Origin: Polyangiales bacterium
GTDB lineage: Bacteria; Myxococcota_A; Polyangia; Polyangiales; Polyangiaceae
Direction of reading: 5' to 3'
Length of the DNA stretch: 64,000 bases
Assembly (NCBI GenBank): GCA_038230375.1
Contig: JBBRNJ010000001.1
Coordinates: 128,001 to 192,000 of the forward strand
Both the position numbers and the translations under genes were made by a program. Numbering within the stretch: the first letter of the stretch is position 1; each line of letters opens with the position of its first letter. Shown piece after piece: positions 50,148 through 59,857 of the stretch. A model generated the notes under the pieces. That model was not told where the DNA came from. It saw only the letters and a program-made list of their open reading frames with translations, and did no database searches.

Positions 50148-52127
50148 TCACTGGCCCTTGCACGGCCCGGGACACGGATGGATGATCCTGGACGCTGCGC
50201 CGCTCTTGTAGAATGCATCCATCTGCGCAAGCGCCGTCGGCTGCAAGCGCACGCTGTCATGCACGGGGTTCGCTGCGATCGTCCCCGGCTTCCGATACTG
50301 CGTGAGGTCTACACCGAAATCCCAGAGCGTGAGGGCGCTCGTGAGGCCTTCGGCTGGCGCATCCGGGATGCCGAACTCCACTGCCGCGGCTGGCGTCGTC
50401 ATCCGGAGACCCAGCTCGCGCGCGAGATAGAAGGTGCCCAGGTTCGGAACGCCCTGATCGCCCAGGCCTGCCTGGAAGAGGACGCGCTTGTCCTTTGCGG
50501 ATGGGTCGAAGCCATCGGTGAGGATGTGAGCCGCGTAGACAGCGGGATCGATCGTGTCGACCTTGGCCTGGAACATTCCCATCAGCGCCTGCGCACGCAG
50601 CGTGTTGCCCATGGTGCCGTTGGCGACCAGGAAGAAGGGAGCGAACGGCCCCGCGCGCGACATGAGGTGACTGAAGGGACCACCGCCAACGTTGATGACG
50701 CCGCGCAAGATGTCGGGGTTCAGCGCCACCATCACGGTCCCGAGGATGCCGCCCTGGCTTGCGCCGAAGTAGTAGACGGAGCTCGAATCGTAGAGGAGCG
50801 CGGACGCGTTCGACTGCCCGTTCTCGGTGTGCACGTCGGGGCCCGCCGCGCTGCGCGACAGCTCGGGGAGCTTCGTCAGGGGGCCACGGATCGCGGCGGT
50901 CAGCGCGAGCCAGTTGGCCATCGCTTGATGTACGCGCTCGGTGAAGAGAAGCGTCAGAGCCGGTGTGCTGGCGAGCGTGTTCACGACCAGCCCCTCGTCT
51001 GGCTTCGACATGCCCCACCAGTCGATGCCGAACTCGACCGCGGACAGCTTGGTGCCGATCGTCGTGCCGCCAATGCCGTCGAGCTCCGTCGTGTCGCCGA
51101 AGAAGCCATGGCCGTACGTGAGCGCGCGCCCGGGGCCGAACGCATCACGCACGGCCGTGGGGATGGTCGCGTAGAACGGGACGACGACGGTGCCGTTCAT
51201 CACGGGAACGCCGCTCGCGTCGCGAAGGAGGTGGGCGCCCGGTTCGGCGGAGTCCAGGAACATGGGCGCGGTGATCGTCCCGTGTATTGTCTTCCAGACG
51301 CTGCCGGTGCCGGGCGCGGACGCCGTGATCTTCACGGTGGGCGGGTTCTGAGCGATCTCCGTCAGCGTCTTCGCGCGGATCGCGAGCATGTCGCGGAGCG
51401 GCGCATCGCGCGTCCCCGTCGTGAAATCCCACGCGAGCTGGAGCTCTGCGCGATGCACGCCTGCGGCTTCGAGGGGCGGAAAGATGGCCGCGTCGTAGTG
51501 TGACGCGAGCGCCGTCAGGCTGGGATCGGCCGCAGCGCGCTCGTCCCGTAGCCTTCGAAAGCCTTCGGGCGGAGGCGCCAGCGAGCCGTCGGGAGTCTGC
51601 ACCTTGACGAGCGCGACGATGTACCGCGTCTTCTCCAAGAGCGGCGCGAACGCGCGGATCGAGATCGCGCGCTGCGCAGGATCGCTCGCGCGCGTATCAA
51701 GGTCTACGTAGTGGGCCACGAGCCTTCCGGTGTCGGCCTCTAGGAGGAGCGTCGCGCTCGCGGGCGTAGCGCTCGCGGCCGGATCATCCATCAGGTTCGG
51801 GAGCCCGTCGACCACGAGCTCGGAGAAGAGGGTCGCGACGATCGTGGCGTGGAGCGAGAACCCATCCGCGTGAACCCCGCTCACCAGGTCCGCGTCCTTG
51901 CCGTCGACCGACGTGAGCTTGCCCGCGCCGCTCATGATCACGCGTCGCCCGGTGGGCGATGTCGGGTCCGCGGCCGTGTAGAAATCCGACGGAAACGGCA
52001 GAAAACAAGCCTCGCCAGCGAAGAGCGGCTGACATCCGTCGGCGACGGTGAGCGGCGCATCGCTCGCTGGCGTGCTCGAACAGGAGGCCAGCAAGACCAC
52101 GAGGAACGCGAGGAGCAGCGACCGCAT
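50148..52127 (-). CDS. Lipoprotein alpha/beta hydrolase (lipase-like) with N-terminal beta domain
   Basis: Lipobox [28 protein letters not shown] nucleophile elbow, terminal VHD. Confidence 0.75.
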   Translation of the reverse strand: MRSLLLAFLVVLLASCSSTPASDAPLTVADGCQPLFAGEACFLPFPSDFYTAADPTSPTGRRVIMSGAGKLTSVDGKDADLVSGVHADGFSLHATIVATLFSELVVDGLPNLMDDPAASATPASATLLLEADTGRLVAHYVDLDTRASDPAQRAISIRAFAPLLEKTRYIVALVKVQTPDGSLAPPPEGFRRLRDERAAADPSLTALASHYDAAIFPPLEAAGVHRAELQLAWDFTTGTRDAPLRDMLAIRAKTLTEIAQNPPTVKITASAPGTGSVWKTIHGTITAPMFLDSAEPGAHLLRDASGVPVMNGTVVVPFYATIPTAVRDAFGPGRALTYGHGFFGDTTELDGIGGTTIGTKLSAVEFGIDWWGMSKPDEGLVVNTLASTPALTLLFTERVHQAMANWLALTAAIRGPLTKLPELSRSAAGPDVHTENGQSNASALLYDSSSVYYFGASQGGILGTVMVALNPDILRGVINVGGGPFSHLMSRAGPFAPFFLVANGTMGNTLRAQALMGMFQAKVDTIDPAVYAAHILTDGFDPSAKDKRVLFQAGLGDQGVPNLGTFYLARELGLRMTTPAAAVEFGIPDAPAEGLTSALTLWDFGVDLTQYRKPGTIAANPVHDSVRLQPTALAQMDAFYKSGAASRIIHPCPGPCKGQ

Positions 52128-52189
52128 TCGCCCGATATGGCGCGATTGCGGCGCCGGGTCAAACCAGATTCTGTCACTGTGCGCGGCGC

Positions 52190-52945
52190 ATGACCGAGCC
52201 GAACACCGACTTCATCGAGAGCGACCTGCCGCCCGTGGACCTGACGTCCACGCTCGCGAGCTTTGCGCGTCCTCCGAGCACGACCCCGCCGCGTGTCCTC
52301 ATCCTCTATGGCTCGCTGCGGGAGCAGAGCTACAGCCGCTACCTGAGCGAGGAGTGCGCGCGCGTACTCACGGCGTTCGGCGCGGAGGTGCGTACGTTCA
52401 ATCCGCGCGGGCTCCCCGTCTTCGATCGCGCCTCGTTCGATCTCCCCCAGGTGAAGGAGCTGCGCGCGCTGTCCGTCTGGTCCGAGGCACACGTGTGGAT
52501 CTCGCCCGAGCAGCACGGCGCCATGACGGCGGCCTTCAAGAATCAGATCGACTGGATCCCGCTGGCCGACGGCGCCGTACGACCCACGCAGGGCCGCACG
52601 CTCGCGGTCCTGCAGGTCTCCGGCGGCAGCCAGTCGTTCAACGCGGTGAACCAGATGCGCCAGCTCGGTCGGTGGATGCGCATGTTCACCATTCCCAACC
52701 AGTCGTCGGTGCCGAAGGCGTTCGAGGAGTTCGACGCCCAGGGTCGCATGAGGCCCTCGGACTATCGCGACCGTGTCGTGGACGTGATGGAGGAGCTCTT
52801 TCGCTTCACGCTGCTACTTCGCGGCAACGTCGACGTGCTGACCACGCGCTACAGCGAGCACAAGCAGAAGCGCACGACGGGCGCGCTGAAGCCCGGACTC
52901 GGAGTCAATCCGAAGCCCGGGCCTGTTGTCGCGCCGAAGGAATGA
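52190..52945 (+). CDS. arsH: ArsH, NADPH-dependent FMN reductase / organoarsenical oxidase
   Basis: [68 protein letters not shown]. Confidence 0.93.
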   Translation: MTEPNTDFIESDLPPVDLTSTLASFARPPSTTPPRVLILYGSLREQSYSRYLSEECARVLTAFGAEVRTFNPRGLPVFDRASFDLPQVKELRALSVWSEAHVWISPEQHGAMTAAFKNQIDWIPLADGAVRPTQGRTLAVLQVSGGSQSFNAVNQMRQLGRWMRMFTIPNQSSVPKAFEEFDAQGRMRPSDYRDRVVDVMEELFRFTLLLRGNVDVLTTRYSEHKQKRTTGALKPGLGVNPKPGPVVAPKE

Positions 52946-52948
52946 TTT

Positions 52949-53935
52949 TCAGTGAGCGGCGTCGCGGAGCGCGCCGAAGACCGCGTCGATGTTGTCGACG
53001 TAGACCTTGTTGCCGCCCTGGCAGCTGTAGAAGCTGTCGTTGTAGGTCTTGTCACCGGCGGGCGACGTGACCTTGAGTGAGAGGTACGGCTTGTCGGCGC
53101 CGCAGATGTCGCCCTTGGAGATCGCGACCGCGTTCATCGCGGCGTTGACCTTCTTCATGTCGGCGGCGCTCAAGGCCGTCGTTCCCGACGTGGTGTGGAG
53201 CGGGAGCCCCAGATCGTTCCAGTTGCACTCTTCCCAGGCGAGGCTGCTGTTGGCGACGTCGAGCGTGAACTTGGACTGACCGGTGGCGCAGGTCGAACCT
53301 GCCGGGCCCGGGCGAACGAATCCGCCCCCGGCGTTCTGTGCGACGAGCTTGGTCGACGCGGCGCTCCAGATCGGCGTGACCGCGATGCCGCACTTGTACC
53401 CGCACGTGTTGCTTGCGCAATCGAAGTGACCCACGCACATCGGGTGGATGATGCCCTGCCCGTCGCAGTCCTTCGTCTCGACACAGTACGAGATCTCGGG
53501 GGACATGGTGTTGGTCCATCCGCTCCAGTCGCTGCGGCTGAGCGAGAGCTTCTTCGTGGTGAGGCTGTAGCTGTAGCGACCGTAGAAGCTGGACGCCTCG
53601 GCGCCGACGCCCTGGTTCAGGTGGACGTAGTTCTTGGTCGCGGTGTACTTGCCGGAGATCTTCTGCTCGGACGGGCATGGTGCGCGGACGCAGCGGATGC
53701 CGGTGTCGATGTCAGCGAAGAAGGTGCCGTCCGACTTGAAGACCAGGCCGCGAAACGTGGGCGGACGCACCGAGCCGGCGGCATCCTGGTAGGCGCCAAC
53801 GAGCTTCGAGGCAGACGCGGTGAGCTCCTCCTCCGAGGCCTGCTGCTCTCCGTTGTCCTGGCTGGTATCGGCGGCGCAGCCACCGACAGCAAGGAGGGCG
53901 CCAAGGAACATTGCGGACAAAAGCTGGATCTTCAT
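52949..53935 (-). CDS. Cys-rich multidomain lipoprotein, function unknown
   Basis: Lipobox VGGC; GIRCVRAPC, HPMCVG, ICGADKP; AGGAG SD. Confidence 0.75.
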   Translation of the reverse strand: MKIQLLSAMFLGALLAVGGCAADTSQDNGEQQASEEELTASASKLVGAYQDAAGSVRPPTFRGLVFKSDGTFFADIDTGIRCVRAPCPSEQKISGKYTATKNYVHLNQGVGAEASSFYGRYSYSLTTKKLSLSRSDWSGWTNTMSPEISYCVETKDCDGQGIIHPMCVGHFDCASNTCGYKCGIAVTPIWSAASTKLVAQNAGGGFVRPGPAGSTCATGQSKFTLDVANSSLAWEECNWNDLGLPLHTTSGTTALSAADMKKVNAAMNAVAISKGDICGADKPYLSLKVTSPAGDKTYNDSFYSCQGGNKVYVDNIDAVFGALRDAAH

Positions 53936-54103
53936 GGTTTTTCTCCTGATACCTCCGTCAAACCGACGGGGTGTGTCTCAGTGCGCGGTGTATGACACTG
54001 TAGGTCGCCACGTGCAAGGCGAAATGTCTCCGACCGAAACATTCCGCCGTGGCGCCAGGGCTCCAATGCCGCATTTCTCGTCGCCGGCGCTGGCGAGCTT
54101 GCG

Positions 54104-54664
54104 TCAGCGATGGCTGTCTTTCGCCCGCTTGCACGCATCCGCGTCGGCTTGAGCTGCGAGCCATGAGGTCACGCAGATCATCTGGTCATCGCCCTCTGTG
54201 AAGAGAGTGCCGCCCTTGTGGTTCTCCGTGCCCAGCGGCTTCCGCAGCAGCGTGAGCCTGAGTGGATTGGACGCGCCTTCGCGCACCACCTGGCTCATGA
54301 GCTCGGGCTCCAGTCCGACGACGGACAGGTAGTTCTCGTTCCTCTCTGCATCTGTCGTCAAATCCGGCTCGGAGCTGGGGCGCCCCGCGTCGCCGACCTG
54401 TGACAGGCGCAGCCCCTTGCTTCCGTAGAGACGAAGGTTGCGCGAGCTCTGGCCGTGGCAATCCAGCGAGCCGCAGCGAAGCTCCAGGAGCGTGGACACG
54501 GGCGCGAACGTGGCCTGGTCGGGCGCGTCGACCACCACGCGATTGTCCGATGCGGGTACATTGCACGCATTCACGGAGCACAGCACGAGCAGCGCGCACA
54601 GCGAGGCGAGACCACCGAGCCGCGAGGAGCGCGAGGAGCGCGTGAAGAAGGAGCGCATGCTCAT
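54104..54664 (-). CDS. Lipoprotein with non-canonical haem motif CxxxxCH
   Basis: Lipobox VNAC; RCGSLDCHG; downstream LLRKP...HKGG; ATGA overlap with the upstream gene. Confidence 0.7.
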   Translation of the reverse strand: MSMRSFFTRSSRSSRLGGLASLCALLVLCSVNACNVPASDNRVVVDAPDQATFAPVSTLLELRCGSLDCHGQSSRNLRLYGSKGLRLSQVGDAGRPSSEPDLTTDAERNENYLSVVGLEPELMSQVVREGASNPLRLTLLRKPLGTENHKGGTLFTEGDDQMICVTSWLAAQADADACKRAKDSHR

Positions 54665-55170
54665 GGCGTCTTCCCGTCGACCGGAACGAAGACGTGCCCT
54701 GCGCTGGCTGGGCCGGCTGGGTCCGTGTGGCATTCCGCGCACGAGCCATCTCGCCCGACGTGCCCGCCCATCACCGCCTGCTTGCGCCCGGTGTAGTCCA
54801 CGGTGACCTTCATCGGGTAGACGGGCGTGAACTGCTGTGGCGAGAGGTAGAAGTTGCCCGCTTCGTTGGTGCTCGCTGTCGCTCCATTGCCATCCGCGGA
54901 CTTGAGCGTGACCGTCGCGCCGTTCGCGGGCGTGAGGTCTCCGATGTTCAAGTAGATGGTGCCTGCCACCGTGAAGTGTGGAGGACTGCCGAAGGAGCCG
55001 TCATGACACACGATGCACGGCTGCCCTGGGCGATGTCTGGGACCCTTGGGGACGCCGGGCGTCTCGGGACCAAGCGCGTCGACACCGTTGTCGTGAACCG
55101 GATCGCACGACAGTGCCAGGGCGCCCGCGAGGCCCATCAAGATTCCCAGGATGGCGTTGTGGTGTCTCAT
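54661..55170 (-). CDS. Dihaem c-type cytochrome-like lipoprotein with carboxypeptidase-regulatory-like beta domain
   Basis: Lipobox ALSC; HRPGQPCIVCH and SCAECH; AGTIY...TNEAGNFY. Confidence 0.75.
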   Translation of the reverse strand: MRHHNAILGILMGLAGALALSCDPVHDNGVDALGPETPGVPKGPRHRPGQPCIVCHDGSFGSPPHFTVAGTIYLNIGDLTPANGATVTLKSADGNGATASTNEAGNFYLSPQQFTPVYPMKVTVDYTGRKQAVMGGHVGRDGSCAECHTDPAGPASAGHVFVPVDGKTP

Positions 55171-56387
55171 AGCGCCACCTCCACGACGAGCGCGATCACC
55201 TCGGACGTGCGCTGCGAGAGGTAGATGTCATCGAGGTAGCTGGTGCTCGTGACGTTCGCGTCGATGCCAAGCACGAACTTGCGCGGGTTCGTTGCGGGGC
55301 CCATGAGCACGCGCGCGGTGGCGCCGCCCGTGAGGTTGACCAGCGGGCCCAGCTCCCGGTCGCCGGTGCGCAGCGCTGGAAAATCCAGGCCCGTTCGCAT
55401 CGTGTACGCGCGCTGCCAGAAGTCCACGGGGCCCTGCGCGTGGAAGCGAACGTGTGGGCCGGCCTCGAGGCGCTGCGTGGGCGTTACGATGAAGCGGCCA
55501 TCCGTGGTGGTGGCCTTGAGGCCCCACGCGTCCGTGTAGAGGCGCTCGTCCATGCGGAGCGTGGCCCAGGAGAACCTGTGTCCGATCCGCGCAGAGAGCG
55601 CGTAGCGCTGTCGATCCGTGGGCAGCTGCTCGAGCGCACGCGCGGACAGGCGATCCCTGTTCACGTTGGCGATCGACTCGCCCTTCGTGACCACGGTGCC
55701 CGGCGCGAACATGGGCACGTAGCGATACGGCTTGGACGTGTCGCCGTCCTCGAAGATCAGATCACCGACGATGGCGAGGTACGTGGCGCGGGTCAGGATG
55801 ATGGTGCCGCCGAGCTTCACGCCGTTCGTGTTGATCTGGTGGTTCCACACGTTCCACGGCGTGTCGTGGCGGCCGGCGATGTCGTAGCCGTGGTAGTACG
55901 ACAGGAGCGCCGTGAAGTTCTTGTCGCACAGATCGTACGTGGCGCTGGCGCCGCCGGTGTACGAGCCATAGTCGGGCTCCACCGACACGTTGCCGTTTGC
56001 GGACACTCCCAGCTTGCCCCACTGAGTTGCGCCATTGATGCCGCCGGCCTGCCGTGTCTCGATGAAGCGACGCGACGCGGTAGACACGATGTCGACAGAC
56101 GCGGCGGACACCACGTCGACCAGGTAGTTCGCGCCGACGCTCCAGCCAGACGCGGGCTTCGACACATTGCCGGCGATGGACGGCGACACGACGAACACGT
56201 GATCATTGTCCGCATATGTCGCGAGCTCGCTCCCTGCGGCCACGTCGTATGCGCTGTCCTTGCTCGCGGGCGCGGGCTCCGGAACAGGCTCGGCTACTTC
56301 TTGTGCGTGCGCGACCGTCGGGAGGAGCGTGATGAAAAGAGAGACGACAACGCAGGCGTGGACCGCTTGCGTCAGTTGCATCCGCAT
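55167..56387 (-). CDS. DUF3570 family exported protein (predicted outer-membrane beta-barrel)
   Basis: Signal peptide ending AHA; VDVVSAASVDIVSTAS, EPDY, EQLPTDRQRYA, YTDAWG, TGDREL. Confidence 0.85.
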   Translation of the reverse strand: MRMQLTQAVHACVVVSLFITLLPTVAHAQEVAEPVPEPAPASKDSAYDVAAGSELATYADNDHVFVVSPSIAGNVSKPASGWSVGANYLVDVVSAASVDIVSTASRRFIETRQAGGINGATQWGKLGVSANGNVSVEPDYGSYTGGASATYDLCDKNFTALLSYYHGYDIAGRHDTPWNVWNHQINTNGVKLGGTIILTRATYLAIVGDLIFEDGDTSKPYRYVPMFAPGTVVTKGESIANVNRDRLSARALEQLPTDRQRYALSARIGHRFSWATLRMDERLYTDAWGLKATTTDGRFIVTPTQRLEAGPHVRFHAQGPVDFWQRAYTMRTGLDFPALRTGDRELGPLVNLTGGATARVLMGPATNPRKFVLGIDANVTSTSYLDDIYLSQRTSEVIALVVEVAL

Positions 56388-56605
56388 CCGCCGCCGACCT
56401 CGAAGCCGCCTCCCATCGCGCCCTCCTGGATGGCGCGCGCGTGCGCTTCACCGACACCGGCCGGGTCGGACGTCTTCATGGTCGGATGCGCCAGCGGACC
56501 GCGCTGATACGGCGGCACGGGCGTGCACGCCGAAGCAACGAACGAAGCACCGAGGAGGGCGAGAGCGAGGATCGTTCTTGGGTTGTGCACTAGGTTGGCT
56601 CTCAT
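56372..56605 (-). CDS. DUF4266 family lipoprotein
   Basis: Lipobox ASAC; VPPYQRGPLAHPTM...EGAMGG...GGGCGCN*. Confidence 0.88.
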   Translation of the reverse strand: MRANLVHNPRTILALALLGASFVASACTPVPPYQRGPLAHPTMKTSDPAGVGEAHARAIQEGAMGGGFEVGGGCGCN

Positions 56606-56676
56606 CAAGACCCGTACCTGTGTAGTACCCGCGACTGTGTCGGGGCAGGCAGCTCAAATATACCATCTCGCGTGAT

Positions 56677-56702
56677 CGAGCGTGGGTTCCTGTCCACGCT
56701 CG
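56677..56702. promoter_or_regulatory. Inverted repeat (9-bp perfect stem), possible terminator or operator
   Basis: CGAGCGTGG-GTTCCTGT-CCACGCTCG between the stop at 56793 and the DUF4266 start. Confidence 0.35.
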
Positions 56703-56792
56703 TGGCTGCAGGTTTTGCGCGTCGCATGCAGATCTGGAACGACCGACGGCTCAGCTGCGGGAGCCATCAAGGCGTGCGCTTCCGAGGTCAGG

Positions 56793-57506
56793 TCACTTCG
56801 CGAGGCACTTGCCGCCGGCATCCTTCACGTCGAACGACTGCACCATGTTGCGCTGGAAGTCGTAGAAGCTGCACGCGTAGGTGGGGCGCGCCTCGCCGCT
56901 GTCGGGATACACGGTGGAGGTGCACACGATGTGACCGCCCACCGACGCTCGCGTGACCTTGTTCCAGCTGCGGTCGTAGGCCGCATGCGGCGCCAGGTGG
57001 TTCTCCGTGGTCTCCGTGGCGCGGGTGAGCGCGCTGAAGATCGCCTTCGCGGCAGCGTACTGCTTCGCGGCGAACGGCAGTGAAGCGGGCGCGCCCGGGC
57101 CGGCCTCGAGCGTGGCGACGAACCGCGCCTTCTTCGTGGAGCCGCTCGGAAGGTCCTCGGCGCCAAAGTTGAAGCCGACGATGGTGTAGAGCGTCTCGCC
57201 GAACTCGTCGGTGTTGGGCAGCGCCGCGTCCAGGAAGCCCGGGATCTCGACGTGGGGGTAGTACTGGCCACCGTAGTTGTGGATGTACGAGGCGCCGACG
57301 GAGGACTTCAGCTCCGTGAGGAAGCCGTTCGACATGAACAGCGTGTCCAGGGTGCACTCGCTGCTCGCCTTTGCGCCGGAGAGATCGCTCTCGTTGGTGC
57401 CATCGGCCGTGCTCGCCGTGGAGCCGGACTCCTGCGGAGTCGAGCAACCAAGACCACCAAGCACGAGACCAGAACCAGCAAAGATCAGGAAGCTCACGTT
57501 GCGCAT
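56793..57506 (-). CDS. Hypothetical lipoprotein
   Basis: Lipobox GLGC; AGGAG SD; GC3-rich codons. Confidence 0.7.
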   Translation of the reverse strand: MRNVSFLIFAGSGLVLGGLGCSTPQESGSTASTADGTNESDLSGAKASSECTLDTLFMSNGFLTELKSSVGASYIHNYGGQYYPHVEIPGFLDAALPNTDEFGETLYTIVGFNFGAEDLPSGSTKKARFVATLEAGPGAPASLPFAAKQYAAAKAIFSALTRATETTENHLAPHAAYDRSWNKVTRASVGGHIVCTSTVYPDSGEARPTYACSFYDFQRNMVQSFDVKDAGGKCLAK

Positions 57507-57629
57507 GACCCAGGACTCCTTCGAACCCGCTGACGAGGTGCCAGCGACGAGAAGGCTTGTAGCAACGCAGGTCGCGCTGTCCGTCCGTATTTTGCGGACG
57601 CGACTATATGCGCATTGTTTACAGTGCGA

Positions 57630-59654
57630 CTACTCGGTCGCGGTGAAGAGGCCCGTGTAGCGCCCGAGCCAGTACGCGTGCAGGTAGTCCGCGCCGGGGA
57701 ACTCGCTTGCGCTGGTGTTCTGTCGGTAGTCGAACGGGCCGGAGCGCCACGCGTAGACGTCGAGCGGCGTCTCGAAGAGCGGGTAGCCGAAGAGCCCCTC
57801 GGTGCGGTCCGTCGTGGTCCAGTCGTTCTTCCAGGGCAATGACGGGTACGGCGCCATCACGAACGACGCGCTCACGCGATGGTCGACGTCGAGCATGGAG
57901 CGCGGCGACGGCATCTCGCGCAGACGCCAGCGGGCGTTGTCCACGTCGACGGGAGCGGATGCGCTTGCGAGCTTGGAGAACACCACGCTCCAGAGGCCCA
58001 TGCGGAAGGGGGAGAAATCCGCCTTCATCTTGTCGAAGCCTTTTCGCACGGACGTGTCGGCGTTGACGGTGGGGATGGGCTTCTTGGTGGCGAGCCAGTG
58101 CATGGCGATGAACTGCGCGAAGGTGAGGTGCGTGCCGGACCAGTCGCCGGTCATGTACTCGCGCTGCTGGAAGTTCGCCTGCTCGATGGAGGACTGGAGC
58201 GCGGTCCACGACGTGAGCGCTGACGTGAGGTCCCCGCTGTCGTTGTTCACGTAGGCGCTGAGCCACACGCTCATGAGGTGGTTCGCGTCCATGGTGTTCT
58301 GCGCGAGCGTCAGATCCTTCACCATGTGCTTTGCGTTGGTGCGGATGCGCGCGCAGAAGGCGCTCTTGCCGGGGAGCTCCGGATCGCACATGGCGATGTA
58401 CGCCATGAGCGGGCCGTAGAAGAGGCCCTTGAACATGTCGTTGTTGCCACCCTCGAGCCAGTCGTAGGCGGCGAACGCGCCCACGCCTGCATGCCAGCTG
58501 CCAGTGGCGGCGCCCGTCGCGGGGCGAACCGTGCGCGCGAACGTGGTCTGGTCCGGCGTTATCTCCATCAAGATCTCGATCGCGTCCGTGGACTTCTCGA
58601 TGTTGGCGAGCGCGACGGCGTCGTTCGTGACCAGATAGCGGTACACCTGGCTTGCGACGTAGCTGGCGGTCCAGAGCGAGCCATCGCCAGTGGGGTTCAA
58701 GACGCCGTTCGTGAGATCGTCATTGATGGAGCCCGTGGAGTCGATGAGCTTCGAGGGGACCTCGCTGTCGTAGTACGCGGCCTTGTCCACGAGCTTCTGA
58801 CCGAACGCGGTGGCGCGCGCGAGCGTCTCACCGAGCGCGGGCGCGTCCACGACCTTGTTCACCACGCGCAGCGCCTTGGGGTGTGCCTGGTAGAAGTCGA
58901 AGTCCGTCTTGTCGACGAGCACGTAGCCCACGCCGGCCTTGAAATCAGGGTCGTTCGTGTAGGGCATGACAGCGGGGAGATCGCGGTAGCTCTTGAAGAG
59001 CGCGTCCGTGCTGGTCTTCGCGGCGCCGGTGGGCGCGGTGTTCACGGGCGTGCGCGTGCGGTCGATCGCGAAGATGGGCGCGGGCCCGCTGTCCTTGCGC
59101 GCGGTGAGCGTGTCGGTCGCGTCCGCGTCAGACCCCTTCCACGTGGCGCTCGCGGTGCCGTTCGCGGAGAGCCTGATATCGCCCATGACTGAGAGCGGCG
59201 TCTTGTCGGCCTCTGCGCGCGTGAGCCCGCCGCGGCTTCGCACGAAGTCGGCCTTGAGGAGGGAGACGCCCGCGCTGTACCCCGCTTGCGTCTGCTTCGC
59301 CGTGCCGGTCCACGCGGTCCAGAGCGTGCGCGCGTCCTCCACGGTGATCGATGTATAATGCACGATCCGGATGACGGTCGCATTCGCGCCGTCCTGGCGC
59401 AGCTCCAGCTGGCCGTCGTACGCCCCGCGCGAGTCCTTGCCCGAGATCTGCCACACGCCAAGGAGCCCGCTGGCAACGGGGCCCGCATCGGCAGGTCCGC
59501 CGCCACTCCCGCTGTCGTTGTTGCCGCCGCCTCCACCGCCGGCGTCGTTGCCCGGGTCACCCGAGGACGAGCTGCCATCGCTTCCGCAGGCGCCCGCAAG
59601 GGCAGCGAAGGAGAGGAGAGAGACAGCACCAAGAGCACGGACACCGAACCGCAT
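57630..59654 (-). CDS. Lipoprotein of unknown function, probable (alpha/alpha)-barrel; paralogue of 44880-46769
   Basis: Start MRFGVR; lipobox AGAC; GDGSLWTAS, GGNNDMFKG, FPGADYLHAYWLGRYTG. Confidence 0.72.
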   Translation of the reverse strand: MRFGVRALGAVSLLSFAALAGACGSDGSSSSGDPGNDAGGGGGGNNDSGSGGGPADAGPVASGLLGVWQISGKDSRGAYDGQLELRQDGANATVIRIVHYTSITVEDARTLWTAWTGTAKQTQAGYSAGVSLLKADFVRSRGGLTRAEADKTPLSVMGDIRLSANGTASATWKGSDADATDTLTARKDSGPAPIFAIDRTRTPVNTAPTGAAKTSTDALFKSYRDLPAVMPYTNDPDFKAGVGYVLVDKTDFDFYQAHPKALRVVNKVVDAPALGETLARATAFGQKLVDKAAYYDSEVPSKLIDSTGSINDDLTNGVLNPTGDGSLWTASYVASQVYRYLVTNDAVALANIEKSTDAIEILMEITPDQTTFARTVRPATGAATGSWHAGVGAFAAYDWLEGGNNDMFKGLFYGPLMAYIAMCDPELPGKSAFCARIRTNAKHMVKDLTLAQNTMDANHLMSVWLSAYVNNDSGDLTSALTSWTALQSSIEQANFQQREYMTGDWSGTHLTFAQFIAMHWLATKKPIPTVNADTSVRKGFDKMKADFSPFRMGLWSVVFSKLASASAPVDVDNARWRLREMPSPRSMLDVDHRVSASFVMAPYPSLPWKNDWTTTDRTEGLFGYPLFETPLDVYAWRSGPFDYRQNTSASEFPGADYLHAYWLGRYTGLFTATE

Positions 59655-59857
59655 TTCCGGATCCTTTCGAGCGGCGAGAGAGCCCCGACCGCGGGCGAAT
59701 GAATGCCCGATCTGCGGGCAAATGTGAAGCGGCGGTGACGTGCTCGAGATCGGCGCTGTCGTGAAATGAACGCTGCTGCCACCGGGCCTGAGGGTGGTCA
59801 GAGGTAGGCGCGAGAACCGCTTGACGGTTCGCTGGTTTTTCCTTCCTCTTGAAGGGA

